Shown here: positions 18,705 to 27,654 of the stretch, piece by piece
How the letters are laid out: the number at the start of each line of letters is the position of its first letter
How positions within the stretch are numbered: the first letter of the stretch is position 1
IMG/VR virus record: IMGVR_UViG_3300030103_003525
Span: 1-58,212 of that record
Origin: a virus
Taxonomy: Duplodnaviria; Caudoviricetes
Length of the DNA stretch: 58,212 nt
Strand: one strand, 5' to 3'
Translations under genes and position numbers: made by a program
Notes under the pieces: model-generated
The model's database searches: none
What the model saw: the letters and a program-made list of their open reading frames with translations, nothing else
Told to the model about the DNA's origin: nothing

Positions 18705-19067
18705 ATGTACGACACAAAAGATTTAATATGGGACTCTATTATAGAGTTAGATGTAGCAACTGTAGAAGAATTAAGATTGGTTTGTAGTATTAATGGATTT
18801 AATATTTCAACCTTAGAATCTGTTATTTATTCAAGAGTGGGTTATCGAAGTTTAAAACAATGGATTGAATGCGAATCTGAAAGGTTTGTTGATTCTAGAA
18901 CAAAAGAAATTTATGTTAGTCATTTAGCTTTAGAAATAATGCACGATTTAGATTATAAATACAAAATGAGTAACACGTTATCCCTTGATGAATACCTATA
19001 TGAATATAAAAATATTTTGAATGAATCTGAAGTAGAAAAAATAAACTCAATTATTAACCTTTATTAA
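18705..19067 (+). CDS. Early hypothetical protein
   Basis: 120 aa; CAACACAATTATG leader. Confidence 0.8.
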   Translation: MYDTKDLIWDSIIELDVATVEELRLVCSINGFNISTLESVIYSRVGYRSLKQWIECESERFVDSRTKEIYVSHLALEIMHDLDYKYKMSNTLSLDEYLYEYKNILNESEVEKINSIINLY

Positions 19068-19076
19068 TCATTTAAA

Positions 19077-19190
19077 ATGACAAAGTATTTTGAAAAATCA
19101 ATAGCTCTATTTGTAGCTCTTATGTTAATGGTTTTAACATTCGTTATACCGCTATATATATGTTCTGTAATAGAGTCAATTATAAGTTGA
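19077..19190 (+). CDS. Small membrane peptide, 37 aa (not in ORF track)
   Basis: MTKYFEKSIALFVALMLMVLTFVIPLYICSVIESIIS; one hydrophobic span. Confidence 0.55.
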   Translation: MTKYFEKSIALFVALMLMVLTFVIPLYICSVIESIIS

Positions 19191-19192
19191 GT

Positions 19193-19315
19193 ATGAAACC
19201 ATACAGCAACTTGGTCACAATGGCAATAGGAGTGTTCTTTTTGCTGTTAACAATCTTCGTATACATCGTGATGACCTACACAATAATAGATGTATTAATT
19301 TCATTAATTAAATAA
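19193..19315 (+). CDS. Small membrane peptide, 40 aa (not in ORF track)
   Basis: MKPYSNLVTMAIGVFFLLLTIFVYIVMTYTIIDVLISLIK. Confidence 0.55.
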   Translation: MKPYSNLVTMAIGVFFLLLTIFVYIVMTYTIIDVLISLIK

Positions 19316-19326
19316 ACATTTTAAAT

Positions 19327-19482
19327 ATGGATAGCGTAAATAAAATAAAGCGATCATTACTTGAAAATCATAAACTAGAAATTGTCGAATTTGACATTGA
19401 AAAAGCTAAGGAAGAACTTAGGATGTTAAAAATGCTTTTGCACTACGATAAGCAACCGAAAACTAAAAATAAATGGAAATGA
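19327..19482 (+). CDS. Hypothetical protein, 51 aa (not in ORF track)
   Basis: MDSVNKIKRSLLENHKLEIVEFD...KWK; tiles between its neighbours. Confidence 0.6.
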   Translation: MDSVNKIKRSLLENHKLEIVEFDIEKAKEELRMLKMLLHYDKQPKTKNKWK

Positions 19483-19757
19483 ATTATATTTTAAGATCAG
19501 GAAAGTACAAGGGTAAAAAGTGGACAGATGTCCAGACCTATGATAGAGGTTATATTGAGTGGGTTCGAGAGAATCGACCTGAGATGTTAAAACCTTTAAA
19601 AAAGAAAGCTGTTAAAAGCAAACCCGGTAACGATAAGGTTAAATTTATTCCTTTAAATAATGACGATATTGTCAAAAAGGATATAGAGACAATGAAAAAC
19701 AAGAAGAAATTTAGGCAGTTCGCATCTAAAGTTCATAAACACCATAAAAATCTTTAA
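19473..19757 (+). CDS. DUF3820-like protein
   Basis: N-terminal GKYKGK..DV...D.GYIEWV motif. Confidence 0.55.
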   Translation: MEMNYILRSGKYKGKKWTDVQTYDRGYIEWVRENRPEMLKPLKKKAVKSKPGNDKVKFIPLNNDDIVKKDIETMKNKKKFRQFASKVHKHHKNL

Positions 19758-19761
19758 TAAA

Positions 19762-19977
19762 ATGACATACAAAGAATTCAAATCAAAACACAACTTGAGT
19801 AACGACTCAATAGACAGCTTAAAAATGCTTAGTAACTGTGAGGTTTATTCAATAAATTATGAGGATACAGTTTATGTTTCCTTTGCAGATGTTATTTCTC
19901 AAGGAGAAGTAATTGATTGCTTAGATACAAACGAAAAAATATCTGAGCTGTTTGAAGAATATTACAAAAATTGTTAA
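19762..19977 (+). CDS. Hypothetical protein
   Basis: 71 aa in the early operon. Confidence 0.7.
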   Translation: MTYKEFKSKHNLSNDSIDSLKMLSNCEVYSINYEDTVYVSFADVISQGEVIDCLDTNEKISELFEEYYKNC

Positions 19978-20155
19978 ATTTAAATTAATAGAAATGAGAA
20001 CACAAGAAGACGAGTATAACGAGAAAAAGAAAAATCTCAATATGTCAATACATTATTGCGAAAGAACTTTAGGATTAACTAAAGATGATCCAATGTTGAA
20101 ATACTACATTGACGAGAGAGATAAAGTAATTGATTTTTTAAATAACATACGATGA
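19952..20155 (+). CDS. Hypothetical protein (true start probably ATG 19994)
   Basis: ATGA overlap with the methyltransferase gene. Confidence 0.6.
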   Translation: MKNITKIVKFKLIEMRTQEDEYNEKKKNLNMSIHYCERTLGLTKDDPMLKYYIDERDKVIDFLNNIR

Positions 20156-20790
20156 GAATTTTAAATTTATACGCTTGTTTAGGTGGCAACAGATACAAGT
20201 GGGGGGATGACCACGAAATTACTGCGGTAGAATTAGACCGGGATTTAGCAAAACTATATCAAGAAAGGTTTCCTGATGACAAAGTAATAGTTGAAGATGC
20301 ACACCAGTATCTGTTAAAAAACTACAATCAATTTGACTTTATCTGGAGTAGTCCACCTTGTCCTACTCATTCAAGAGCTAGGTATTGGGGAATTGGTGCT
20401 AATGGTAAAGATCCTGTTTACCCGGATATGAAGCTTTATCAAGAAGTTATTTTTTTAGATTATCATTTTAAAGGTAAGTATGTGGTTGAAAACGTAATAC
20501 CATACTACAAACCTTTTTTAAATCCTAAAAAAAGAGGCAGGCATTTATATTGGACAAACTTTAATTTGCCTAATGATTTAAAAGACAGAAGAATTGCTAT
20601 AAGTCAAGTAAAAAATGAAGTTGACGCACTATGTGAGTTTCACGACTATGACTTTAAATTATATAAGGGTAAACAACGTATAACTAAAATTGCAAGAAAC
20701 CTAGTAGACTATCAAGCTGGTAAAACTATACTAGAAACTGCAATTGGCGTTCTTGAAAGTAATGATACAACACAAACTAAATTATTCTAA
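20152..20790 (+). CDS. Short DNA cytosine-C5 methyltransferase
   Basis: Motif I variant ILNLYACLGG, catalytic SPPC and ENV motif. Confidence 0.8.
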   Translation: MRILNLYACLGGNRYKWGDDHEITAVELDRDLAKLYQERFPDDKVIVEDAHQYLLKNYNQFDFIWSSPPCPTHSRARYWGIGANGKDPVYPDMKLYQEVIFLDYHFKGKYVVENVIPYYKPFLNPKKRGRHLYWTNFNLPNDLKDRRIAISQVKNEVDALCEFHDYDFKLYKGKQRITKIARNLVDYQAGKTILETAIGVLESNDTTQTKLF

Positions 20791-20795
20791 ATACT

Positions 20796-20951
20796 ATGAA
20801 CTACGATGAAAGTTTAGATCAAAACAATCCATACACTATGGATGTCTCAGAGTACTGCGAAGAATGCGGTGAACATAATGGTAGCCATCCAACAGAAGAT
20901 ATTTTCTGTTCTGAGGAATGTTACAAAAAGTATAACTATATAATAGATTAA
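20796..20951 (+). CDS. Small zinc-finger protein, 51 aa (not in ORF track)
   Basis: YCEECG...FCSEEC. Confidence 0.65.
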   Translation: MNYDESLDQNNPYTMDVSEYCEECGEHNGSHPTEDIFCSEECYKKYNYIID

Positions 20952-20955
20952 AACT

Positions 20956-21117
20956 ATGCCAACACACACCAGAAAAACGTTTTATGTAGACTACGTTCCC
21001 AGAAAGAAGGAATGGGTAATAAGAAATCTGTCAAGTAAATTAATATTATTTTCTTTTAAGACAGAAAATGACGCTAAATCCTTTAAGCGCAAACTAGATA
21101 AATACCCAATGGGATAA
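20956..21117 (+). CDS. Hypothetical protein, 53 aa (not in ORF track)
   Basis: MPTHTRKTFYVDYVPRKKEWVIRN...YPMG. Confidence 0.6.
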   Translation: MPTHTRKTFYVDYVPRKKEWVIRNLSSKLILFSFKTENDAKSFKRKLDKYPMG

Positions 21118-21196
21118 TTATTTAGAATCAATATAAATTAACAGAAAAACTTGATTATGTGGTCAAAAGTAGTGTAACTTCGCAACAACAAATATT

Positions 21197-21325
21197 ATGA
21201 ACAGCAACACAGAAGAACTAATATCGTTTCTAACTTACAGAATTCAAGCTCTTGAACGTGAGTTAGAAGAAAGCAAAAAGATTAACAGCAAACAGGGTTT
21301 AGCGGAAAAAGTAACGAACGTTTAA
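21197..21325 (+). CDS. Hypothetical protein, 42 aa (not in ORF track)
   Basis: MNSNTEELISFLTYRIQALERELEE...; preceded by a TTG..TAACTTCG promoter-like element. Confidence 0.6.
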   Translation: MNSNTEELISFLTYRIQALERELEESKKINSKQGLAEKVTNV

Positions 21326-21481
21326 TTTTTATTCATTAAGAATTAAATAACAACGCTAAACGAAATATAAGTGATTTGGGGATGCTTCTGCACTATCTGG
21401 AAATCTTATAAATAAGAATAGTGTTTTGCTATTCATCTAATAATCAGTAACTTTATATCAATTAAATTTTAAATTCAAATT

Positions 21482-22093
21482 ATGGCAACTAAAACAACCA
21501 CTAAGAAGAAATCTGTATTCGAAACATTGAATGCGATTAATGTCAACGAACACACCGAGAATAAAAACGGACTAACATATCTGTCTTGGGCGTGGGCTTG
21601 GCAAGTAACTAAGGAGAACTATCCAACAGCTATATATACTATATACGAAAGCGCAGAAGGAATGTTCTATCATACCGATGGCAAGACAGCTTGGGTAAAG
21701 ACAGGAGTAACTATTGAAGATGTAGAACACATTGAGTACCTCCCGGTAATGGACTATAGAAATAAGTCTATATCTATGAGTAACATAACATCTACCGATG
21801 TAAACAAGACCATACAGCGTAGCTTGACTAAGGCTATTGCTAGACACGGACTTGGACTTTACGTTTATGCAGGTGAAGATTTACCTTCTAAAGATGATGG
21901 TAAAACTACAGCTCCAAAAAAGGTAGAAAAGAAAGTTGTTAAGAAGGAAGATACTAGCGAAGAAAAGTTTGCTTTAGCTAAAGAGTATATTGGTAATCAC
22001 GGAAACAAAAAAGAGGCAGTCCAAATGTCTTTGAAATGGTATGGTGATATATTTACAGATGCACAAAAGAATGAGTTAAACGCTTTAGTCTAA
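21482..22093 (+). CDS. Sak/Rad52-like single-strand annealing protein (DUF1071)
   Basis: LTYLSWAWAW, LPVMD, NKTIQRSLTKAIARHGLGLYVYAGEDLP. Confidence 0.85.
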   Translation: MATKTTTKKKSVFETLNAINVNEHTENKNGLTYLSWAWAWQVTKENYPTAIYTIYESAEGMFYHTDGKTAWVKTGVTIEDVEHIEYLPVMDYRNKSISMSNITSTDVNKTIQRSLTKAIARHGLGLYVYAGEDLPSKDDGKTTAPKKVEKKVVKKEDTSEEKFALAKEYIGNHGNKKEAVQMSLKWYGDIFTDAQKNELNALV

Positions 22094-22857
22094 TGCAGTT
22101 TGCTGTTGATTTACAAAAGAAAACAGGAAAGAGCTGGTTATCTTACAGCTCTATTAAACTAGCTGTTGAAGATTTAGTTAGCTTTGAGGCTTATTGTGCA
22201 GGGACTTACTACAAGGATTCTGATGCATTAACTTTTGGTTCTGCATACGATTGTCTCTTATTTGAAAAGGATAAGTTTAAAGATCGGTTTGCTGTTATGG
22301 ACGATAGAGAAATTGTAGATGAGATTGGCGGAAAGAATCCTAGAGTTACCAAAAAATATAGAGATTGGAAACAGAAATTTTCTGAAGGGGTAGAAGGTAA
22401 AAAACTTTTATCTGGAGAAGATTATCATAAGGCTTTAGATATGATCAAAAGATTGAAATCTACAAATATGTATGATATGTATTTAGCCGATGCTGAATAT
22501 CAGTATGAAGCTTCCGGGTTTATAAAAGATGTCCCTGTTCACGGATTTTTAGATGCTAAGGGTAAAGACTACATAGTGGACGTTAAGAGTGCTAGATCAG
22601 TAAATTCCTTCCGGGGTTCCGTATTTAACTTCTCTTATGATTTACAAGCATATGTCTATTCGCAACTCACTGGTATTAAAGATTATATGTGGGTTGTGCA
22701 AGAAACAACATATCCCTATACAATGGGATTATTTACGTGTTCTGAGCGAACATTAGAATCTGGCAAACGAAAGTTTGAAACAGGAGTGGACATTATCCGC
22801 TCATATCTTGATGGAGATCTATCCAGTCAAGAGTATTTTATTCATAGAGAAATCTAA
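22093..22857 (+). CDS. PD-(D/E)XK exonuclease (DUF3799/RecE-like)
   Basis: LSYSSIK, FGSAYD, GFLD..IVDVKS, YDLQAYVY; coupled to the annealing protein gene. Confidence 0.8.
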   Translation: MQFAVDLQKKTGKSWLSYSSIKLAVEDLVSFEAYCAGTYYKDSDALTFGSAYDCLLFEKDKFKDRFAVMDDREIVDEIGGKNPRVTKKYRDWKQKFSEGVEGKKLLSGEDYHKALDMIKRLKSTNMYDMYLADAEYQYEASGFIKDVPVHGFLDAKGKDYIVDVKSARSVNSFRGSVFNFSYDLQAYVYSQLTGIKDYMWVVQETTYPYTMGLFTCSERTLESGKRKFETGVDIIRSYLDGDLSSQEYFIHREI

Positions 22858-22872
22858 AAATCAATTATAATT

Positions 22873-23115
22873 ATGGAAGCAACACCTGAAAAAAAGAAAC
22901 GTTATGGTTTTGTAGCTGCCCCTGAATATCCAGAGGGCGGTAAAATTAGAATGAAATGTCGTGTGGCATTCAAAGTAGAACAGCTTGAAGAGCTTAAGCA
23001 GTTTGCTACTGAGAAGGGCAACATTAACATTAACATTACTGAGTGGAGAGAAGGATACCCATCATTGAGTGTCTACGACCCTAGAGAACAGAGAAAAGAA
23101 GATTTGCCGTTCTAG
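22873..23115 (+). CDS. Putative ssDNA-binding protein
   Basis: Acidic C-terminal EDLPF tail typical of SSBs; in the recombination module. Confidence 0.55.
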   Translation: MEATPEKKKRYGFVAAPEYPEGGKIRMKCRVAFKVEQLEELKQFATEKGNININITEWREGYPSLSVYDPREQRKEDLPF

Positions 23116-23507
23116 TGATAGACAAGGCGATCATATCATTGATCTCTTTAGAATGGGGGAGGGAACTGACAAACGTCAACCCTCCCTTTTTTCTACTTAA
23201 AAGCAACGATGATAAAAGAGAAGAGGACTATAAGTTTGCCCTGCTTCACTGCACTATGCAAGGAAAGTATATGATCTTTGAACCTTTCAGTGATCAGGTA
23301 GATTATGTAGTATTTTTTATCGATGGTAGAAAAGATAAAGACAACTGCGTAACGTCTTATTGGTTTCCGATAAGGGAGCAGTTAAAACAAGGAAAGCTAG
23401 ATTCATTTTATGCTGTTAAGCATCTAATTCATAAGATTAAAATTAATGTTGGGAAGCCCGATTTATTATATGCAAGTAACAATATCTTATCAAAAGAAAA
23501 AGATTAA
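23115..23507 (+). CDS. Hypothetical protein (start uncertain)
   Basis: 130-aa ORF whose 5' part contains a terminator-like hairpin. Confidence 0.45.
   Translation: MIDKAIISLISLEWGRELTNVNPPFFLLKSNDDKREEDYKFALLHCTMQGKYMIFEPFSDQVDYVVFFIDGRKDKDNCVTSYWFPIREQLKQGKLDSFYAVKHLIHKIKINVGKPDLLYASNNILSKEKD
23157..23192 (+). terminator. Intrinsic terminator-like hairpin
   Basis: GGGAGGG-aac-TGAC-aaac-GTCA-a-CCCTCCC-TTTTTT. Confidence 0.65.
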
Positions 23508-23682
23508 ACTTAAAAAGAAATCTTGGATTGTTACAACAAGAGAAACAGCTAGAGATATAATGTTACACGACAAGAAGTCTATGACAAATCTAGAAAACAG
23601 AGTTTATGGAGCAGCTGCTAAAAAAGGAGTAGTTATTATTAAGATAGATAGCAAGAAAGTAATTGGAGAAACAAACCATTAG
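23446..23682 (+). CDS. Hypothetical protein
   Basis: 78 aa, basic. Confidence 0.6.
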   Translation: MLGSPIYYMQVTISYQKKKIKLKKKSWIVTTRETARDIMLHDKKSMTNLENRVYGAAAKKGVVIIKIDSKKVIGETNH

Positions 23683-23684
23683 TT

Positions 23685-23816
23685 ATGAGAGATCAGTTTA
23701 TAAGAATAGCATTAGCCAAGCTAAAAAAAACATATAAGTTTTATCCTCAGAGGTTAGCTGTTGCGGCTAAGATGTATAGCAGATGGATTGAACGAAAAAA
23801 TATTAAAAAGAAATGA
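23685..23816 (+). CDS. Hypothetical basic protein, 43 aa (not in ORF track)
   Basis: MRDQFIRIALAKLKKTYKFYPQRLAVAAKMYSRW...; ATGA overlap with the next gene. Confidence 0.6.
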   Translation: MRDQFIRIALAKLKKTYKFYPQRLAVAAKMYSRWIERKNIKKK

Positions 23817-24079
23817 AAATAGTAATTACAAGCAAAAATGCTTATTGGTCGCGTTGTAGATTATCTCTATTACCAAGTTTGGATTTAGAGTATGCTACAG
23901 GATTAAAAGACAACCTAGAAAAAGGCATTGTTCAAAGATCGTTAGAAATAGATGTGTATTTTGCTTTCTTGTTTTTTAATGCATCTATAGAAACATTATC
24001 AATGTGGGGTAATGAGGGAAAAATAGAAGATGTAGATTGTGAAGTTTACTCAATAAATGATTTCGATACAGAAGAATGA
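23813..24079 (+). CDS. Hypothetical protein
   Basis: 88 aa. Confidence 0.6.
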   Translation: MKIVITSKNAYWSRCRLSLLPSLDLEYATGLKDNLEKGIVQRSLEIDVYFAFLFFNASIETLSMWGNEGKIEDVDCEVYSINDFDTEE

Positions 24080-24131
24080 AGAGTTTTATTTCTGATATAG
24101 TATTACTTTTAAGTTTTATATTATTAATAAT

Positions 24132-24362
24132 TTGCATAATATCGTCCATCAAAGACCGTTAAAGTATATGATACAGTTTAAGAATAAAAAAACTGGAGAA
24201 TTGATTACTATTTCAAGAGTAAGAACCTATATAAATGATGATGGTTCAAAAAGAAATGTTGATCTCTCTGGAGAGTATGACCTAAACGAATACGACCAAG
24301 TAGTTGATGACACTAACTATTCTAGTATTCATTGCACTAAAGCACCTAACGACAAACTATGA
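24132..24362 (+). CDS. Hypothetical protein (true start probably ATG 24168)
   Basis: ATGA overlap with the next gene. Confidence 0.6.
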   Translation: MHNIVHQRPLKYMIQFKNKKTGELITISRVRTYINDDGSKRNVDLSGEYDLNEYDQVVDDTNYSSIHCTKAPNDKL

Positions 24363-24739
24363 AAAAAACAGAAGATTATATTAAAGAAGTAGCAGAAGAA
24401 ATTATATCTTTATTGCTAAAGAAGAATAAGGCTTATGGGGATACAGCCAATAAACCTCCCCAAATATTTTCAAAGCTTTCACCAAAAGAAGCTATATTAG
24501 CTAGGCTAGACGATAAGTTAAGCCGAATTAAAACAGTAGGGTTAAATGATAAGACTGAAGACACTATGCTTGATCTTATAGGCTACCTTATTTTATATCG
24601 AGTTCAATTAAGAAAAGAACAACACACCAATGACACAAGTAACACTATTCAAGAACATAAAGGAGACGGACAACCCGATATACGTAGATATTCCTACAGC
24701 ACTGGAGAGGATACGAACTGGGTCTCGACATCGACTTAA
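24359..24739 (+). CDS. DUF1599 / nucleotide-modification-associated domain protein
   Basis: KKNKAYGD..RLDDKLSRI..EDTMLDLIGYLIL. Confidence 0.75.
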   Translation: MKKTEDYIKEVAEEIISLLLKKNKAYGDTANKPPQIFSKLSPKEAILARLDDKLSRIKTVGLNDKTEDTMLDLIGYLILYRVQLRKEQHTNDTSNTIQEHKGDGQPDIRRYSYSTGEDTNWVSTST

Positions 24740-26438
24740 GATACAGAAGATAAGAGAGGGGCATAAGGAGGAGAAAAAAGAACTACCCATTGCCCTTTGG
24801 TCTGGAAAGTTTAAAGACAGAAAAGATGAGTCGTTATCAGAGCATAGCGGACTTATAGTATTAGACTTTGATCATATAGAAGTTATTGGCAGCAAGAGCA
24901 TATTAGCTACCGATGAATATGTTTATGCCTGTTGGATATCACCATCGGGTGAAGGCTTAAAGGCTTTAGTTAAAGTTAATAGTCCGTCTAACCATAGAGA
25001 TCATTTCCGTGCATTACAAGCATATTTTGACAGAACATATGGGCTAGAAGTTGACCCCTCTGGAATCAACGAATCAAGAGCTTGTTTTGAAAGCTATGAT
25101 AAGGATATAGTAATCAAAGAAGCTTCATCTGTTTTTACTAAACTAATATCCGAAAAAGCATTAAGTCAAAAAGCTGAACATAAAGAAACATATACCGACT
25201 ACAACAAGTTGGCTATTGTAAGCTCTATGCTTCGCAAGGCTGATGATGGAGAGAAACATTCTGTATTACTTAGAGCATCTATTCTTTGTGGTGGATATAT
25301 CTCTGCTGGAAGAATGGAAGAGGACGAGGCTATACGTATTCTTGAGAGAGAGTTGTCTAGGAGGGAGATTGACAGTCCAGAGGTGGCTAGAAACACAATC
25401 AGAGATGGCATAGAGAGAGGAAAAGCATTGCCTATAGGAGAGTTAATAAAAGGAGAAAGTCAGATAAAGCTAGAGATGCAGATCAATGATGGCGATATGT
25501 CTTTCGTTTCTTCTGATGATGAAGACTTTCGTTGGATACAAGATTTTATAGCAGGTAAATTAGAATTAGGCTTAGATACCGGTGATGAGTATTTAGATGA
25601 ATTCTTTAAATACAAAAGAGAATTCTTAGTTATAAATGGTATCAGTAATGTAGGTAAAACAACATTTGCATTGTATCTAATGGTTAATGTATCTATACGC
25701 CACGGATGGAAGTGGATAGTTTACTCTGCTGAGAATAAGACGGCAGCTATAAAAGCAAAGCTTATGTCATTTGCTGTTAATCTTCCATTAAGTGAGATGA
25801 GGAATTCTGAGATCAACGAGGCATATAAATGGGTTAATAAACACTTTAAAGTGGTAAGTAATAATCAAGTTTACAGCTATACAGACCTTATAGTCTTTGG
25901 AGAAAAGCTGTTGAGGCAGGGTAATTATGATGGGTTTTTTATTGATCCTTACAATGCTCTTAAGATAGAGATGAGTCAAGGTAACGCTTTGTCTACCCAC
26001 GAGTATCACTACGAAGCTGCTAGTGAACTTTTAACTTTCTCTAATAAACATACTATAGCTGTTTGGGTTAATGCTCACGCTGTTACGGAAGCACAAAGGA
26101 GAAAAGGCCCAGATGAATTGCCAATAGCTCCATATGCAGAGGACACTGAAGGCGGTGGCCGTACGGTGAATCGTAGCGATTGTTTTTTGACGTTTCACAG
26201 AAAAGTCCAGCACCCAGAATATGATATGCGAAGGACGATGGAGTTTCACGTTAGAAAGGTTCGGGAAACTGAAACAGGAGGTCAGCCAACAATGATAGAC
26301 AGTCCTGTGCTTTTTGAATTAGAGCAGTCTAACACTGCTTTTGTCAATAAAAAGACAAATAAACGCTTATTTGAGTCTATTTTAGCACAAAAAAACAAAA
26401 AAATGCAACTTCCATTAGGAGATGAGTCTGCTTTCTAA
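24630..26438 (+). CDS. Primase-helicase: BT4734/VirE_N-like N-terminus plus DnaB-like SF4 helicase
   Basis: HSGLIVLDFDH, WISPSGEGLK, SRACFESYD; Walker A GISNVGKT and Walker B FFIDPYN. Confidence 0.85.
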   Translation: MTQVTLFKNIKETDNPIYVDIPTALERIRTGSRHRLKIQKIREGHKEEKKELPIALWSGKFKDRKDESLSEHSGLIVLDFDHIEVIGSKSILATDEYVYACWISPSGEGLKALVKVNSPSNHRDHFRALQAYFDRTYGLEVDPSGINESRACFESYDKDIVIKEASSVFTKLISEKALSQKAEHKETYTDYNKLAIVSSMLRKADDGEKHSVLLRASILCGGYISAGRMEEDEAIRILERELSRREIDSPEVARNTIRDGIERGKALPIGELIKGESQIKLEMQINDGDMSFVSSDDEDFRWIQDFIAGKLELGLDTGDEYLDEFFKYKREFLVINGISNVGKTTFALYLMVNVSIRHGWKWIVYSAENKTAAIKAKLMSFAVNLPLSEMRNSEINEAYKWVNKHFKVVSNNQVYSYTDLIVFGEKLLRQGNYDGFFIDPYNALKIEMSQGNALSTHEYHYEAASELLTFSNKHTIAVWVNAHAVTEAQRRKGPDELPIAPYAEDTEGGGRTVNRSDCFLTFHRKVQHPEYDMRRTMEFHVRKVRETETGGQPTMIDSPVLFELEQSNTAFVNKKTNKRLFESILAQKNKKMQLPLGDESAF

Positions 26439-26450
26439 TAACTTTACTAA

Positions 26451-26822
26451 ATGCTTGATTATAATGAAATCCAAATTAAATTACCAAAGCCCCCAAGCCT
26501 TAATCAATTTTATTCTGGAAGACACTGGACAGTCAGGTCGAAATTTAAAGAGTCGTATTGGAATGAAATTAAAGAGTCTCTTGATTCAATTGATCCGTTT
26601 ACTATGTTACGTTTTAGCATATACGTTCGCTATAACTGTAACTATGATGTGGATAATGCTATTATTTGTGCGAAATTTCTTGCTGATTATCTTAGAAAAA
26701 ATGGATATGTTAAGGATGATAGTCCTAGATACTTTTTCTCACAAAAAACGGAACACGACCAAGATGTAGAAAAGAATACCTTTGTAGCTAAGATCAAATG
26801 TTACGGATATCAAAAAATGTAA
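26451..26822 (+). CDS. RusA-like Holliday junction resolvase
   Basis: PPSLN..DVDNAI..K..D.L...G..DDS. Confidence 0.75.
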   Translation: MLDYNEIQIKLPKPPSLNQFYSGRHWTVRSKFKESYWNEIKESLDSIDPFTMLRFSIYVRYNCNYDVDNAIICAKFLADYLRKNGYVKDDSPRYFFSQKTEHDQDVEKNTFVAKIKCYGYQKM

Positions 26823-26823
26823 T

Positions 26824-27039
26824 ATGAAAGAAAAAGAACTTAGCGATCTGTATCATAAAGCTACCGAAAGGATACATAAACTAACAACAAGCCTATACGA
26901 AGACTTACACACAATATCAGGTAAACCAAATGTTAGCACTGAAGAAATCGCAGCTATTACCAATAAGTATAGTAGGTGGTTCAGATCAGAGCTAGACTTC
27001 ATAAGATCAGCAATACAAGAGTATAAAGAACAGCAATGA
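26824..27039 (+). CDS. Hypothetical protein
   Basis: 71 aa in operon. Confidence 0.7.
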   Translation: MKEKELSDLYHKATERIHKLTTSLYEDLHTISGKPNVSTEEIAAITNKYSRWFRSELDFIRSAIQEYKEQQ

Positions 27040-27440
27040 TACACAATGAGAAGGAACTTTTTGATTTGATAAAAAAGAATATTATTCCAGATCTAAAGAA
27101 GTGCGAAGACCAAATGTCAAAGTATGATTGCTATTCTAAAGAACATAATATAGATATAGAATTAAAATGTCGAAGAACTCATTATGATGATCTGTTAATA
27201 GAAAGGATTAAGTATAATGCTTTAATTATGAGAGCAAAAAAGAACAACACAACAGCTATATACATAAACTCAACTCCAAAAGGTGTATGGTCATTTAAAG
27301 TGAATGATTTAAATTCGCCTTCTTGGGAGAACAGGTTTATGCCACAGACAACAGATTTTCATAAACAAAAAGATGTGTTAAAAGAAGTAGGTTACTATAA
27401 TATATCTGTTGGCAAAAACTTAACTAATATTTTAATATGA
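27036..27440 (+). CDS. Putative PD-(D/E)XK nuclease
   Basis: NEKELF..YDCY..IELKCR motif. Confidence 0.55.
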   Translation: MIHNEKELFDLIKKNIIPDLKKCEDQMSKYDCYSKEHNIDIELKCRRTHYDDLLIERIKYNALIMRAKKNNTTAIYINSTPKGVWSFKVNDLNSPSWENRFMPQTTDFHKQKDVLKEVGYYNISVGKNLTNILI

Positions 27441-27649
27441 AAGCAAACTACCATACTTGTAAAGGAAGAAAGCTTAGAATAGATAGGTTACTTCAGGAAG
27501 CCGCTAATCTTTTTACTGCTTGTGGTAAAGACTCAACGAAAGAAGAGAGATTAGAAGCTAAAGAAAAAGAGAAAGTTATTCTTAAGAAAATATCAGAAAT
27601 CGACCCAGTGTTCGCAGAAAGATGCGGATGGAAACCTAAATTAAATTAA
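27437..27649 (+). CDS. Hypothetical protein
   Basis: 70 aa, coupled to the upstream gene. Confidence 0.7.
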   Translation: MKANYHTCKGRKLRIDRLLQEAANLFTACGKDSTKEERLEAKEKEKVILKKISEIDPVFAERCGWKPKLN

Positions 27650-27654
27650 ATACA

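Noticed and set aside
26422-26769. 115-aa ORF overlapping the RusA-like gene
   Set aside because: Alternative frame of a gene with clear motifs and its own promoter-like element.
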